Notes under the pieces: generated by a model | The model's input: the letters and a program-made list of their open reading frames with translations, nothing else | What the model was told of the DNA's origin: nothing | Databases searched by the model: none | Part shown: one piece after another, positions 20,243-30,153 of the stretch | Layout: every line of letters begins with the position of its first letter | How positions within the stretch are numbered: position 1 is the first letter of the stretch | Made by a program: the position numbers and the translations under genes | Assembly (NCBI GenBank): GCA_964593575.1 | Contig: CAZQJD010000001.1 | Location: 1-49,196 of the forward strand | Direction: 5' to 3' | DNA: 49,196 nt | Source: an uncultured Oscillibacter sp. | GTDB taxonomy: Bacteria > Bacillota > Clostridia > Oscillospirales > Oscillospiraceae

Positions 20243-21388
20243 TCAATTTCTCCCTAATATTTCCGAACTCACCAAGGAATCCGCGATATTTAAAAAGCGA
20301 AAGACCTCTTCCATAGTGTTGAATGCTGAAAAACTAAGCCTGACAGTGCCGGTCTCCAATGTGCCAGCTGTTTTGTGCGCCAACGGAGCACAATGCAGCC
20401 CAGAACGCACAGCAACTCCATTTTCTGCAAGCCTTTCGGCAAAGACTTCCGAACTGAGCCTGCTGTGCCGAAAAGACAGTACGCCTGTTTGCGCAAAAAG
20501 CCCATCCTCCGCAAAAACATTTGTGCCTGGTATTTGCCGCAATCCTTCAGCAGCAACCGCAGCCAGCACGCGTTCCTCTCTGCAAATCCGCTCGATCCCC
20601 CTCATTTTTACAAAACGGATCCCTGCAAGCAATCCAGCAATCCCCGGAATATTGTGTGTGCCCGCTTCCAATCGGTCCGGTAAAAACTCCGGCATCAATA
20701 CATCCGCTGACCGACTGCCGGTTCCTCCTTCTATCAAAGGCGTAACCGGCACATCTTCACGGCAAATCAAGGCGCCGGTTCCCTGAGGGCCATACAGTCC
20801 CTTGTGACCCGGCATGGCTATAAACGCTGCTCCGCTTTTTTCAATGCTCAGTGGCAGAATTCCCGCGGACTGAGATGCATCAATGATAAACGGGATCCCA
20901 TGTTCTTTACAAAGGGCACCGATGGCATTCACAGGCTGTGCACAGCCAAAAACATTGGAAACATGATTGCAGATCAGGGCACAGGTATCTGAATGCAGCT
21001 CACGTTCAAATGCAGCCACTGTTTCTTCCGGTGAAAACAGAGCTGCTTCCGCAACGATGGTTTTTGCTTGCAGCGCCGCCAAAGGACGTGTTACTGCGTT
21101 GTGTTCATAGCCAGAGATAACAACCCTGCCGCCCGGAGGCACCAGAGATTTTATGGCAATATTTAACGCGTGAGTCGCGTTCATTGTAAAGACGACTTGT
21201 TCCGGTGAAAAAGCATCAAACAGCTCCTGCAGTTCTACCCGGCAGTCAAAAGCAATTTTTTCCGCCTTGGATGCCGACGGATATCCTCCGCGTCCCGGCG
21301 AAGTCAATTCTTGCATGGCGCGAAAAACAGACTCGGCAACCTCAGCGGGTTTCTGAAAGGTAGTTGCCGCACTGTCAAAATAAATCAT
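20243..21388 (-). CDS. Cysteine desulfurase family aminotransferase class V
   Basis: YFDSAATT, DASQSAG, PGHKGLYGPQG, RSGLHCAP. Confidence 0.92.
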   Translation of the reverse strand: MIYFDSAATTFQKPAEVAESVFRAMQELTSPGRGGYPSASKAEKIAFDCRVELQELFDAFSPEQVVFTMNATHALNIAIKSLVPPGGRVVISGYEHNAVTRPLAALQAKTIVAEAALFSPEETVAAFERELHSDTCALICNHVSNVFGCAQPVNAIGALCKEHGIPFIIDASQSAGILPLSIEKSGAAFIAMPGHKGLYGPQGTGALICREDVPVTPLIEGGTGSRSADVLMPEFLPDRLEAGTHNIPGIAGLLAGIRFVKMRGIERICREERVLAAVAAEGLRQIPGTNVFAEDGLFAQTGVLSFRHSRLSSEVFAERLAENGVAVRSGLHCAPLAHKTAGTLETGTVRLSFSAFNTMEEVFRFLNIADSLVSSEILGRN

Positions 21389-21639
21389 GACTTGACCTCC
21401 CAAATGCCGGAAGCATCGGATTTCAGCAGCCTAACCTGTCGCAGCCCGTTTTCCCAGAGTATTTTTTGAGCAGTCGGCAGTACATCAGGCATCAAGCGAA
21501 CTGCATACGCGCACCCCTCGCCTTTGGTAAGCTCCAAAGGTGCGCGGAACACCAGGGAGCGGATCCCAGCACGGCTCAGCACCCGCTCGATCCGCTGGGC
21601 ATAAGTGACAGATCTTACAATGATCAGATAATACTCCAC
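21385..21639 (-). CDS. DUF3343 family small protein
   Basis: RSVTYAQ…P..L…GCAYAV; GTG start after GGAGGAG; coupled to the desulfurase. Confidence 0.75.
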   Translation of the reverse strand: MEYYLIIVRSVTYAQRIERVLSRAGIRSLVFRAPLELTKGEGCAYAVRLMPDVLPTAQKILWENGLRQVRLLKSDASGIWEVKS

Positions 21640-21674
21640 GGGTACTCCTCCTCTCTTTCCCATTCTATGAGCAC

Positions 21675-21719
21675 AAAAAATTGGTGTGTCTCCAGAAACA
21701 AGAATTCCGAAGACACACC
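21675..21719 (-). terminator. Intrinsic terminator after ispF
   Basis: GGTGTGTCT…AGACACACC stem followed by AATTTTTT on the minus strand. Confidence 0.6.
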
Positions 21720-21760
21720 TATGGTTATCTGTGCCACTTTAAATGTAAAGGATATAGATT

Positions 21761-22249
21761 TTACACATATTTCTTTTCAAGGAGTACTACTGCTTTTGCT
21801 GCCATTCCAGACCCATCACCTGTGAATCCAAGCCGCTCCTCCGTTGTGGCTTTGATATTGACCTGTTCAATATCAATTCCCAGCGCAGCGGCAACGTTCT
21901 CCTCCATTTGCCGGCGATATGGTGCGACTTTAGGGGCCTGTGCCACCAGTGTTGCATCAATATTAACAACCGCAAAGCCTCTCGCCTGCAACGCTGCACT
22001 GATCTGTTTCAGTAAAAAGATACTGGAGATCCCTGCGTAGCAGGGATCGGTATCCGGAAACAGCTTTCCAATATCACCCAGCTTGGAAGCACCGCAGAGT
22101 GCATCCATAATGGCATGCACCAGGACATCAGCATCGGAATGACCATCCAGTCCCAGATCATGGGGAATGCTTACGCCGCCAAGGATCAAGGGTCTGCCCT
22201 CTTTCAGTCTGTGTACATCATAACCCTGTCCAATCCGAAGATTTGTCAT
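21761..22249 (-). CDS. ispF: 2-C-methyl-D-erythritol 2,4-cyclodiphosphate synthase
   Basis: RIGQGYDVH, GHSDADV, NIKATTEE; start trimmed to MTNLRIG. Confidence 0.97.
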   Translation of the reverse strand: MTNLRIGQGYDVHRLKEGRPLILGGVSIPHDLGLDGHSDADVLVHAIMDALCGASKLGDIGKLFPDTDPCYAGISSIFLLKQISAALQARGFAVVNIDATLVAQAPKVAPYRRQMEENVAAALGIDIEQVNIKATTEERLGFTGDGSGMAAKAVVLLEKKYV

Positions 22250-22250
22250 A

Positions 22251-22973
22251 TCAGAGCCGCCTTTCCGCCAGGATGGCCTCTGCAATAATCCGATCAACGG
22301 GAGTCGTGATCTTAATATTGGTATCCTCGCCCTCCACACAATAGACCAGCTTGCCCAAGCGCTCCACAGCCGCAGCATCGTCTGTCTGGGGGACGCCTGC
22401 ATCCAGAGCAGCCTGCAGGGCGGCCTTTAAAAGCGTTGCCTCAAAAACTTGCGGAGTTTGTACTGCCCGCAGAGTATTGCGATCAGGGGTAGACGCAATT
22501 TCATCATCCCGTACGACCTTTACGGTGTCTTTTACAGGGATCACAGGAACCGCAGCATTACAGCGATCTGCCTTCATAATGACCCGGTCGATCAGCTCCG
22601 GCGTCACCAAAGGCCGCGCGCCGTCCTGGACTGCCAGGAGCTCTGTGCGCGGATCCGCTTCCAATGCAGCCAACAGCACCGACTCTGTACGGTTCGAACC
22701 GCCGCGCACAACTTTTACAGGCTTACGGAGCGCGTATCTACGGCAGAGCTCGGAAAAGGCCAGGATATCTTCCTCTCTGGATGCTATGACAATGGCATCC
22801 ACAGCAGTTGACTGATCCAAGGCCTGCAGCGTCCAGGCCAGAACAGGGATACCACCCAAAGGATCCAGCAGCTTATTGGCGCCCGATCCCATTCTCGTGG
22901 AGCTGCCTGCCGCAGCCACAATGGCTGTACAAAAACGTCGCCTGGCATTGCGTACTCTGTTAAAAAAAGCCAT
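22251..22973 (-). CDS. ispD: 2-C-methyl-D-erythritol 4-phosphate cytidylyltransferase
   Basis: AAGSSTRMG..NK, DGARP, QTPQ, NIKITTP. Confidence 0.96.
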   Translation of the reverse strand: MAFFNRVRNARRRFCTAIVAAAGSSTRMGSGANKLLDPLGGIPVLAWTLQALDQSTAVDAIVIASREEDILAFSELCRRYALRKPVKVVRGGSNRTESVLLAALEADPRTELLAVQDGARPLVTPELIDRVIMKADRCNAAVPVIPVKDTVKVVRDDEIASTPDRNTLRAVQTPQVFEATLLKAALQAALDAGVPQTDDAAAVERLGKLVYCVEGEDTNIKITTPVDRIIAEAILAERRL

Positions 22974-23010
22974 TCGGCTCACTCTCCTCGATATTGTAGT
23001 GCTTTGCTTT

Positions 23011-23039
23011 ATTATACCTGCCGCAGCATTCCTTTACAA
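23011..23039 (-). promoter_or_regulatory. sigmaA promoter for ispDF
   Basis: TTGTAA-N17-TATAAT. Confidence 0.7.
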
Positions 23040-23052
23040 GAGATTTTCGTCT

Positions 23053-23106
23053 GATAATAAGCGGATACCTGTACAGCCGCTGCCGCACAGGTATCCGCTT
23101 ATTATC
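23053..23106 (-). terminator. Long hairpin/terminator at the end of but
   Basis: 20-bp perfect inverted repeat GATAATAAGCGGATACCTGT (23053-23072) / 23087-23106, overlapping the stop codon. Confidence 0.7.
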
Positions 23107-24439
23107 GATTACTTCTACGCCAGATTCGCATTTTCTCAGCATATTTAATCAGGGATTCGCGGAAATCGGGATGGGCAATGCTGATGATCTTCTCAGCGCG
23201 TTCCCAAGTGGAGAGCCCCTTCAGATTTACCATGCCATATTCCGTCACAATATACTGTACACAGGCGCGTGGATCGGTGGCAATAGAGCCATTTGGCAGC
23301 GTAGGAACGATACGGCTTATCATAATGCCATCTTCGTTGACAACAGTGGAAGACATACAGATAAAGCTCTTGCCGCCCTTAGACAAATATGCACCCAGTG
23401 CAAAGTCCAGCTGACCGCCGGTGCCGGAGATATGCTTCACGCCCGCAGATTCTGCGTTCACCTGACCATACAGATCCATATTGATAGCATTGTTAATGGA
23501 TATAAAATTATCGATCTGACTGATCACATGGACATCGTTGGTATAGTCCACAGGCGCACCCATTACATTGGGATTCTGATTCATATAGTCATACAGCTTC
23601 TGGCTGCCGGCTGCAAATGCAAAAATCTGACGTCCTCTATGCAGCGGCTTATACTTTCCGGTAAGCTTGCCGGCCATGGCCATATCCACAAAGCCATCCA
23701 CATACATCTCCGTATGCACTGCCAAATCCTTCAGATCAGACTGGGCAATCATAGAACCAATGGTGTTGGGCATGCCGCCGATCCCCAACTGCAGGCAAGC
23801 ACCGTTGGGAATCTCAGGGACCACCAGATTGGCAACGGCACGGTCCACCTCAGTAGGCGGTCCACCAGAACCAAGTTGTGCCACAGGAGGGTTGCCGCCC
23901 TCCACTACCATATCCACATCCATGATGTTGATCTCGCAGCCATTCAATCCATTCACCCACGGAAGGTTTTCATTTACCTCCAAAATGATAATTTTCGCTT
24001 GCTCCAGCATATCAGACAGATGAGAGGCAGCCAGCGCGTAGTTGAAGTTGCCGTGTTTATCCATGGGGGTTACCTGAAGCATCGCCACATCCACCCTAAG
24101 ACCATCACGGTAAAAGCGGGGCAGCTCAGAATAGCGCATCGGGCTGAAATATCCCATTCCCTTAGCAATGATGGCACGATCAATACCGCTGCAGTGCCAG
24201 GAATTCCATGTAAAATGCTTCCCCGCATTCTCTACTTTTGCAATTTCAGGCATCCACATAGTGACACCACCGCGGATCTTAACATCAAACAACTCATCCT
24301 TTCGGGCTGCCAGCGCCTTATCCAGCGCAACGGGATGATTGGTACACCAGCCATAATCCACCCAATCGCCGCTTTTGACAGCCTTAACAGCCTCGGCAGC
24401 AGTGGTCAGTTTCTTTTCATACTCTGCCCGAAAATCCAT
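23102..24439 (-). CDS. but: Butyryl-CoA:acetate CoA-transferase (acetyl-CoA hydrolase/transferase family)
   Basis: [20 protein letters not shown], catalytic [19 protein letters not shown]. Confidence 0.85.
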   Translation of the reverse strand: MDFRAEYEKKLTTAAEAVKAVKSGDWVDYGWCTNHPVALDKALAARKDELFDVKIRGGVTMWMPEIAKVENAGKHFTWNSWHCSGIDRAIIAKGMGYFSPMRYSELPRFYRDGLRVDVAMLQVTPMDKHGNFNYALAASHLSDMLEQAKIIILEVNENLPWVNGLNGCEINIMDVDMVVEGGNPPVAQLGSGGPPTEVDRAVANLVVPEIPNGACLQLGIGGMPNTIGSMIAQSDLKDLAVHTEMYVDGFVDMAMAGKLTGKYKPLHRGRQIFAFAAGSQKLYDYMNQNPNVMGAPVDYTNDVHVISQIDNFISINNAINMDLYGQVNAESAGVKHISGTGGQLDFALGAYLSKGGKSFICMSSTVVNEDGIMISRIVPTLPNGSIATDPRACVQYIVTEYGMVNLKGLSTWERAEKIISIAHPDFRESLIKYAEKMRIWRRSNR

Positions 24440-24473
24440 GAAATTTCCTCCGAAATTGAAGTGATCAATGAGA

Positions 24474-24510
24474 TTGTTAACATTCTAACACAACGCTGCG
24501 GTTTTTGCAA
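24474..24510 (-). promoter_or_regulatory. sigmaA promoter of but overlapped by a putative Rex operator
   Basis: TTGCAA-N17-TAGAAT with extended -10 TG; TTGTTAA-CATT-CTAACAC (24474-24491) has 2 mismatches to clostridial Rex TTGTTAA-N4-TTAACAA. Confidence 0.65.
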
Positions 24511-24575
24511 TTGTCACATCAAGAAATTAATGTCATTTAATCATTTAAAATCCGATTCCGGTATAATAAAAAAAT

Positions 24576-24603
24576 AATGGGGCAGACAAATGTCTGCCCC
24601 ATT
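24576..24603 (-). terminator. Intrinsic terminator after ispH-rpsA
   Basis: AATGGGGCAGACA-AA-TGTCTGCCCCATT followed by a T-run on the minus strand. Confidence 0.85.
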
Positions 24604-24616
24604 TCAGGATCGTAGC

Positions 24617-26584
24617 TTACTCAACCTCAGTGGTAGCTTCCTCAGCCACATCCTCCTCTGCAGCAGGAGCCAGCAGAGCGCGGATGGACAGGGAGATCTT
24701 CTTCTTCTCTTCGTCGATAGCAATGATCTTCGCCTCAACGACCTGGCCCTCGGACAGAGCATCCTCAGGCTTCTCAATGCGGCGATCAGCGATCTGAGAA
24801 ATATGGATCAAACCATCCACACCGGGAACGACCTCGGCGAAAGCACCGAAGGTCATCAGCTTGACAATCTTCACAGGTGCGGTATCGCCAACAGCATACT
24901 GGTTAACAAAGGACTGCCAGGGATCCACGCCGTGATCCTTGACACCCAGAGAGATCTTGCGCTTCTCTGCGTCGAAGGAGATGACGTACACTTCCAGAGT
25001 GTCGCCAACCTTGCAGACCTCTGCGGGATTCTTGATGCGGCTCCAGCTCAGCTCAGAGATGTGAACCATGCCGTCAACACCGCCGATGTCAACAAAGACA
25101 CCATAGGAAGTCATAGACTTGACGGTACCGGTGTAACGCTTGCCTTCCTCAATGCTGTTCCAGATCTCAGCCTGAGCAGCCTGACGCTCCTCAAACTGGA
25201 CAGCACGGATGGAACCGACCACACGGCGACGTGCACGGTTGACCTCGGTAATGCGCAGCTTGACCTTCTCCTTGATCATAGAAGACAGCTCCGCGCCACG
25301 GGGCAGACCGCTCTGAGAAGCGGGAACGAACACGCGGACACCCTTGACAGAAACAACGATACCGCCCTTGTTCTCCTCGGTAACGGTGCCTTCCAGGATG
25401 GTCTTCTCCTCGACAGCTTTCTCGATGTTCTCCCAAACCTTGACAGCATCCAGACGCTTCTTGGAAAGCTCGGCATAACCTTCAACGTCATTGACGCGAA
25501 CGATGTAAGTCTCGATCTCGTCACCAACGCTGACAATATCCTCGGGCTTGGCGGTGGGATCATCAGTCAGTTCGCTGAACTTGATGTAAGCAGCCTGCTT
25601 GGCACCCACGTCCACCTGCACCTCGGTAGCGGTGATGGCGGTAACAATGCCGGTCACCTTTTCACCGGTATTTAAAGTTTTGAAAGACTGATTCAACAAT
25701 TCCTCGAAGGACTCTTCTCTGCCCTCGGCCGCTCTGATTTCTTCACTCATGGTTGCATATACCTCCTTAATAATGCCCGCAGGCGTGGATGCGCCGGCCG
25801 TCAGACCCGCAGTACAGCAACCATTGAACCAGTCCGGCGAGAGTTCGTCCGCGCTTTCGATCTGAAAGACACGGGGACATCTCTCTGAGCAAATCTCCGT
25901 CAAATGTTTGGTGTTTGCGCTCTTTCGGTCTCCAACCACGACCATCACGTCAACAGAGGCTGCGATCTTTGCAGCTTCTGACTGACGCTTATGCGTAGCA
26001 TTGCATATTGTATCAAAGATTTTCGCGTTTGTACACTCTTTTTTTATGATTTTAGAAGAAGTTTCAAAAAGTTCACGAATACAGGTGGTCTGCGCCACCA
26101 CCGTTACTGGAACATGGCGGTTCTCCGGCGCTCTTCCCAGCCAATCCTGCACTTCGGCGGGAGTCGCCAAAATCAGCGGCTCATCGCACCAGCTGGCAAC
26201 CCCCATCACTTCCGGATGTTGGGGATCGCCAATGATCAGAGAACGGCGTCCCTGAGCATCTGCTTCAGCCACCAAACGCTGTATCCGCATAACGTTTGGA
26301 CACGTGGCATTGACGCAGCGAACACCCCTGTTCTCCAGCTCATCCAGTACATTTTTCAGTTCACCATGGGAACGGATCAACACCGTATCACCAGCCTGAA
26401 GCGTTCCTATGTCTGTAACCTTTCGAACACCTTTGCGGCTCAGATCATCCACTACATGAGCGTTATGGATCAGATCCCCCAGCATCCGGCAGCCGCCGTA
26501 TTCTCTGGCGGTTTTGTGTGCCAGCTCAACAGCTCGTTCCACACCATAGCAAAATCCAGCAGACGCCGCAAGAATCACCTTCAT
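24617..26584 (-). CDS. ispH: Bifunctional IspH (HMBPP reductase) / ribosomal protein S1 fusion
   Basis: AGFCYGV, ATCP, DTICNAT, AGASTP, followed by four S1 domains. Confidence 0.95.
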   Translation of the reverse strand: MKVILAASAGFCYGVERAVELAHKTAREYGGCRMLGDLIHNAHVVDDLSRKGVRKVTDIGTLQAGDTVLIRSHGELKNVLDELENRGVRCVNATCPNVMRIQRLVAEADAQGRRSLIIGDPQHPEVMGVASWCDEPLILATPAEVQDWLGRAPENRHVPVTVVAQTTCIRELFETSSKIIKKECTNAKIFDTICNATHKRQSEAAKIAASVDVMVVVGDRKSANTKHLTEICSERCPRVFQIESADELSPDWFNGCCTAGLTAGASTPAGIIKEVYATMSEEIRAAEGREESFEELLNQSFKTLNTGEKVTGIVTAITATEVQVDVGAKQAAYIKFSELTDDPTAKPEDIVSVGDEIETYIVRVNDVEGYAELSKKRLDAVKVWENIEKAVEEKTILEGTVTEENKGGIVVSVKGVRVFVPASQSGLPRGAELSSMIKEKVKLRITEVNRARRRVVGSIRAVQFEERQAAQAEIWNSIEEGKRYTGTVKSMTSYGVFVDIGGVDGMVHISELSWSRIKNPAEVCKVGDTLEVYVISFDAEKRKISLGVKDHGVDPWQSFVNQYAVGDTAPVKIVKLMTFGAFAEVVPGVDGLIHISQIADRRIEKPEDALSEGQVVEAKIIAIDEEKKKISLSIRALLAPAAEEDVAEEATTEVE

Positions 26585-27174
26585 GCGTCTTCCCTCCCCA
26601 GTGCGTAGGCGCGCTCCAGAATCTCAGAAGCGATGGCTTGATTCTCCTCTACTGTAGGCTTGCGGCCGGCGTAGGCGGGTGTATACTGCTCACCAAAAAC
26701 AATTCTGGTCTTCCGGAAAAGCTTCTTCTCTCCGGAAATGAACACCGGAATGATTTTCGCTCCGGTACGGGTGGCGATCATAGCAACGCCACCCTTGGCC
26801 TGTACTTCTCCTTCGTATTCCACGCGTGTTCCTTCCGGGAAAATCATCAGGTTATCCCCATCTTTGATGACCTTCAGAGCCGTTTTGACAGCCTGGATAT
26901 CCGAATGTCCGCGCGCTACCGGGAAGCCGCCGAAATGACGGATAATCTGCGACAGAACCGGAATCCGAAAGAGTGAATCCTTCGCCATGCAATGCAGCCG
27001 ATAATCAACAGGCAATGCCACCAGCATCAAAACGGGATCCCAGTTGCTGGAATGGTTGGGACACAGCAGAACACCACCGCTGGGCAGCGTTTCCATTCCC
27101 TGAACGTCCAGCCGAAACATCCACCTGAGGATCGGCCCCAAAACCCGATAGGCGATCCGAAACAAGCGATTCAT
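26581..27174 (-). CDS. plsC: 1-acyl-sn-glycerol-3-phosphate acyltransferase
   Basis: NHSSNWD (HX4D), FPEGTR. Confidence 0.92.
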   Translation of the reverse strand: MNRLFRIAYRVLGPILRWMFRLDVQGMETLPSGGVLLCPNHSSNWDPVLMLVALPVDYRLHCMAKDSLFRIPVLSQIIRHFGGFPVARGHSDIQAVKTALKVIKDGDNLMIFPEGTRVEYEGEVQAKGGVAMIATRTGAKIIPVFISGEKKLFRKTRIVFGEQYTPAYAGRKPTVEENQAIASEILERAYALGREDA

Positions 27175-27848
27175 GCATCCACCTTCTCACAAATGATGCG
27201 CAAAAGCGCATCGCGACTCTGTTGAAAATTCATTTCTGTCGTATCAAGCCGGACAGCATCCTCGGCCTGACGCAGAGGCGCCACGGCGCGATTCGTATCA
27301 TTATGGTCACGGGTCTGAATATCCGCAAGGACAGTTTCATAGGGCTGCGGGGTTCCCCGCTGCTCCAGTTCACGCCACCGGCGGTATGCCCGTGCTTCCA
27401 GCGAAGCAGTCAGATAAATTTTGACCTGCGCGTCCGGCAAAACCACAGTGCCGATGTCCCGTCCGTCCATGATCACATGATTGTCTCTGGCCAGCTGACG
27501 CTGCATCTCTAACAAGAACGTCCTGACCGTCGGATGCGCGGACACGCAGGATGCATAGCGGGACACCTCTGGCAAACGGATCTCCTTGGTCACATCCTGA
27601 CCGTTCAGATACATATGCTGAAGGCCATCATCGCCATATGACATTTTGATGTCTACCTGTGGGAGGACATCTTCCACATCTTTTTCACAGGCAGGATCGA
27701 TCCGCTTGCACAGAACATAATAGCCGATCGTACGGTAAATGGCGCCGGTATCGACATACAAATAATTCAAATGCGCAGCGATATCTTTTGCCAGCGTACT
27801 TTTGCCAGCACCAGAAGGGCCGTCAATGGCAACACTGATATAATTCAT
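27171..27848 (-). CDS. cmk: Cytidylate kinase
   Basis: AIDGPSGAGKST, DTGAIYR, DGRDIGTVV. Confidence 0.97.
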   Translation of the reverse strand: MNYISVAIDGPSGAGKSTLAKDIAAHLNYLYVDTGAIYRTIGYYVLCKRIDPACEKDVEDVLPQVDIKMSYGDDGLQHMYLNGQDVTKEIRLPEVSRYASCVSAHPTVRTFLLEMQRQLARDNHVIMDGRDIGTVVLPDAQVKIYLTASLEARAYRRWRELEQRGTPQPYETVLADIQTRDHNDTNRAVAPLRQAEDAVRLDTTEMNFQQSRDALLRIICEKVDA

Positions 27849-27871
27849 GGATTCCCTCGATTCTTTCTTGT

Positions 27872-29113
27872 TTATTCGTTTTCTGCTTTTGCAGCAGCCT
27901 CTCCTGCCGCCCTACCAGTTGCCCAGGCGATCTGCAGATTGAATCCGCCTGTATAAGCATCTGTATCCAGCACTTCACCCGCAAAGTAAAGTCCCTTTAC
28001 ACGCTTTGATTCCATGGTATTTGGATTAATTTCGCCGGTTTTTATGCCGCCGGAAGTGATGATTGCTTCCGCAATTGGTCTTGTACCGCTGACAGCTATC
28101 TCAAACTGTTTGAGGATGGCTGTCAACCGGCGGCGCTGTTCTCTGGTCACAGAGTGGATCTTAGTGTCTCCACTGACACCGCATCGCTCTGCCAGCACCG
28201 GAACCATGCTGTGAGGCACAAGTCCGCCCAGCAGCGCAGTGAAGTTCTGGTTCTTTCGTTCCTCCATATCACGCAGAAGCCGGGCTTCCAGTTTCTTCTC
28301 GTCCAGCGCCGGCTTGAGATCAATGGAAAGAACATACTGATTCTTTACAAAATCGCGCATATGGGCACTGGCTGATAAAATCAGTGGTCCAGAAAGCCCA
28401 AAATGGGTAAACAACAGTTCGCCAAAATCTTCAAAGACAGCTTTCTTCTGATTGCGAACTGTAAGCCGGACATTCTTCAATGCAAGTCCCTGCATAGCCG
28501 GACAAGCCGGATCATCGCTGACCAGAGGCACCAGAGAAGCTGTCGGCTTTACAACGGTATGTCCTGCCTCCTGCGCCATACAGTATCCATCACCGGTAGA
28601 GCCAGTGGCGGGATACGAAATGCCACCGGTAGCGATAATGACCGCATCCGCAGAGTACTCCCCTTTTTCGCCCATAGCGCCGATAATACGCCCTTCGCGC
28701 AAAGCAAGAGACAGCACTCGATCCCGTATCCAGCGCACTCCCAGCGTGCGCATTCTGCGCTCCAGGGCACCGCTGACATCAAAGGACCGATCCGAAACCG
28801 GGAAAACACGGTTTCCCCTCTCTACCTTCAACGGAACGCCAATACCTTCAAAAAACGCCATGGCATCATGTCCGTCAAAGCGGGAAAATGCGCTGTACAG
28901 AAACCGACCGTTTTTGGCAACATGAGCCAGCAATTCTTCTAAATTGGCACAATTTGTGACATTACAGCGACCCTTGCCTGTGATATTCAGTTTCTTTCCC
29001 AGTCGCTCGTTGGGTTCCAGCAGTGTAACAGACGCGCCGCACTCAGCAGCCGTGATGGCTGCCATCATGCCTGCCGCACCTCCGCCAATAACAAGGATCT
29101 GCTTACTCATCAT
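27872..29113 (-). CDS. HI0933/BaiN family flavoprotein
   Basis: GGGAAG, GKGRCNVTN, TGSTGDG, YTGGFNLQ; start trimmed. Confidence 0.93.
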   Translation of the reverse strand: MMSKQILVIGGGAAGMMAAITAAECGASVTLLEPNERLGKKLNITGKGRCNVTNCANLEELLAHVAKNGRFLYSAFSRFDGHDAMAFFEGIGVPLKVERGNRVFPVSDRSFDVSGALERRMRTLGVRWIRDRVLSLALREGRIIGAMGEKGEYSADAVIIATGGISYPATGSTGDGYCMAQEAGHTVVKPTASLVPLVSDDPACPAMQGLALKNVRLTVRNQKKAVFEDFGELLFTHFGLSGPLILSASAHMRDFVKNQYVLSIDLKPALDEKKLEARLLRDMEERKNQNFTALLGGLVPHSMVPVLAERCGVSGDTKIHSVTREQRRRLTAILKQFEIAVSGTRPIAEAIITSGGIKTGEINPNTMESKRVKGLYFAGEVLDTDAYTGGFNLQIAWATGRAAGEAAAKAENE

Positions 29114-29969
29114 CTGCCCTCTTGAAAACACCGTAATCATTCCAAATCGCTTCCAGATCTGTGAAGGTGGAAGAAATGTCTGCCCCCAGACGATTGCCCA
29201 AAGAAACCAAAAGCGCATTGATCGTAGACATGGGAGCCACCATAGAGTCCACAAAGGAAATCATTTCGCAGGGAGCCAGCAAAGATACATTTGCCATCTG
29301 GTGCAGGGGTGACAACTCATTATCAGTAATCGCAACAATGGTCGCTCCGCGATCACGGGCGAACTTGACTGCATTCATCGTGATCTGGGAATATCGCGGG
29401 AAGCTGATAGCAATCAGCACATCATCAGCATCAATGCGGAAAAGCTGCTCAAAAATCTCACCGCCTGCACTGCTCTCCACCAGAGTCACATTCTCAAACA
29501 GCAGATGGAGATAGAAGTTCAGATAGCCTGCCAGAAAAGACGATGAGCGAATACCCAGAATATAAATTCGCTTTGCGTTCATGATCTTTTCTGCCGACCT
29601 CTCAAAGGATGTGCGGCTGGACTCATCAACGACTTTGCGTAGCTTATCAATGTCCATCTGCACCACTTCCGCCAGAATATCTTGTCCGGAAAGCTTGTCC
29701 CCTGCCGCTTTAATTCGCTGAGTGGAGGTCAGGCGGCTGCGGATCATATCCTGCAGTCCGCGCTGCATGCTGGGATACCCGTCATATCCCAATTCAGAAG
29801 CAAATCGCACCACTGTGGACTCGCTGACGCCTACCAGCTTTCCCAGCTTGCTGGCCGTCATAAATGCTGCTTTATCGTAGTTCTCCAAAATGTATTGCGC
29901 AATCCTCTTTTGCCCCTTCGAAAAGCTGCGCATATTGTTTTCAATCGTGTGCAGTACGTTTTTTGCCAT
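29103..29969 (-). CDS. MurR/RpiR family transcriptional regulator
   Basis: VGVSESTVVRFA HTH plus SIS domain (ISFPRYS, ITD..LSPL). Confidence 0.93.
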   Translation of the reverse strand: MAKNVLHTIENNMRSFSKGQKRIAQYILENYDKAAFMTASKLGKLVGVSESTVVRFASELGYDGYPSMQRGLQDMIRSRLTSTQRIKAAGDKLSGQDILAEVVQMDIDKLRKVVDESSRTSFERSAEKIMNAKRIYILGIRSSSFLAGYLNFYLHLLFENVTLVESSAGGEIFEQLFRIDADDVLIAISFPRYSQITMNAVKFARDRGATIVAITDNELSPLHQMANVSLLAPCEMISFVDSMVAPMSTINALLVSLGNRLGADISSTFTDLEAIWNDYGVFKRADDE

Positions 29970-30017
29970 ACAGGAGACCTCCTCGGGATAGCATAATGAT
30001 AAATTAACCCGAAGCTT

Positions 30018-30045
30018 ATTTTATCATAAGTTTTGTATTTTTCAA
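30018..30045 (-). promoter_or_regulatory. sigmaA promoter for rpiR-cmk operon
   Basis: TTGAAA-N16-TAAAAT with extended -10 TG. Confidence 0.55.
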
Positions 30046-30107
30046 ATAATTTTTGCAGGATTTTTTGCACAATCCTGCAAGCTCTTTCTGTAAACCGCTT
30101 AAAAATG

Positions 30108-30134
30108 AAAAACAGCCGCCATCCGGCAGCTGTT
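30108..30134 (-). terminator. Intrinsic terminator after rluB
   Basis: Minus strand AACAGCTGCC-GGAT-GGCGGCTGTT-TTT. Confidence 0.65.
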
Positions 30135-30153
30135 CCTAATGCAGTGCTTATGA

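Noticed and set aside
24617..26584. IspH-S1 fusion as a novelty
   Set aside because: Well-known arrangement in Clostridia
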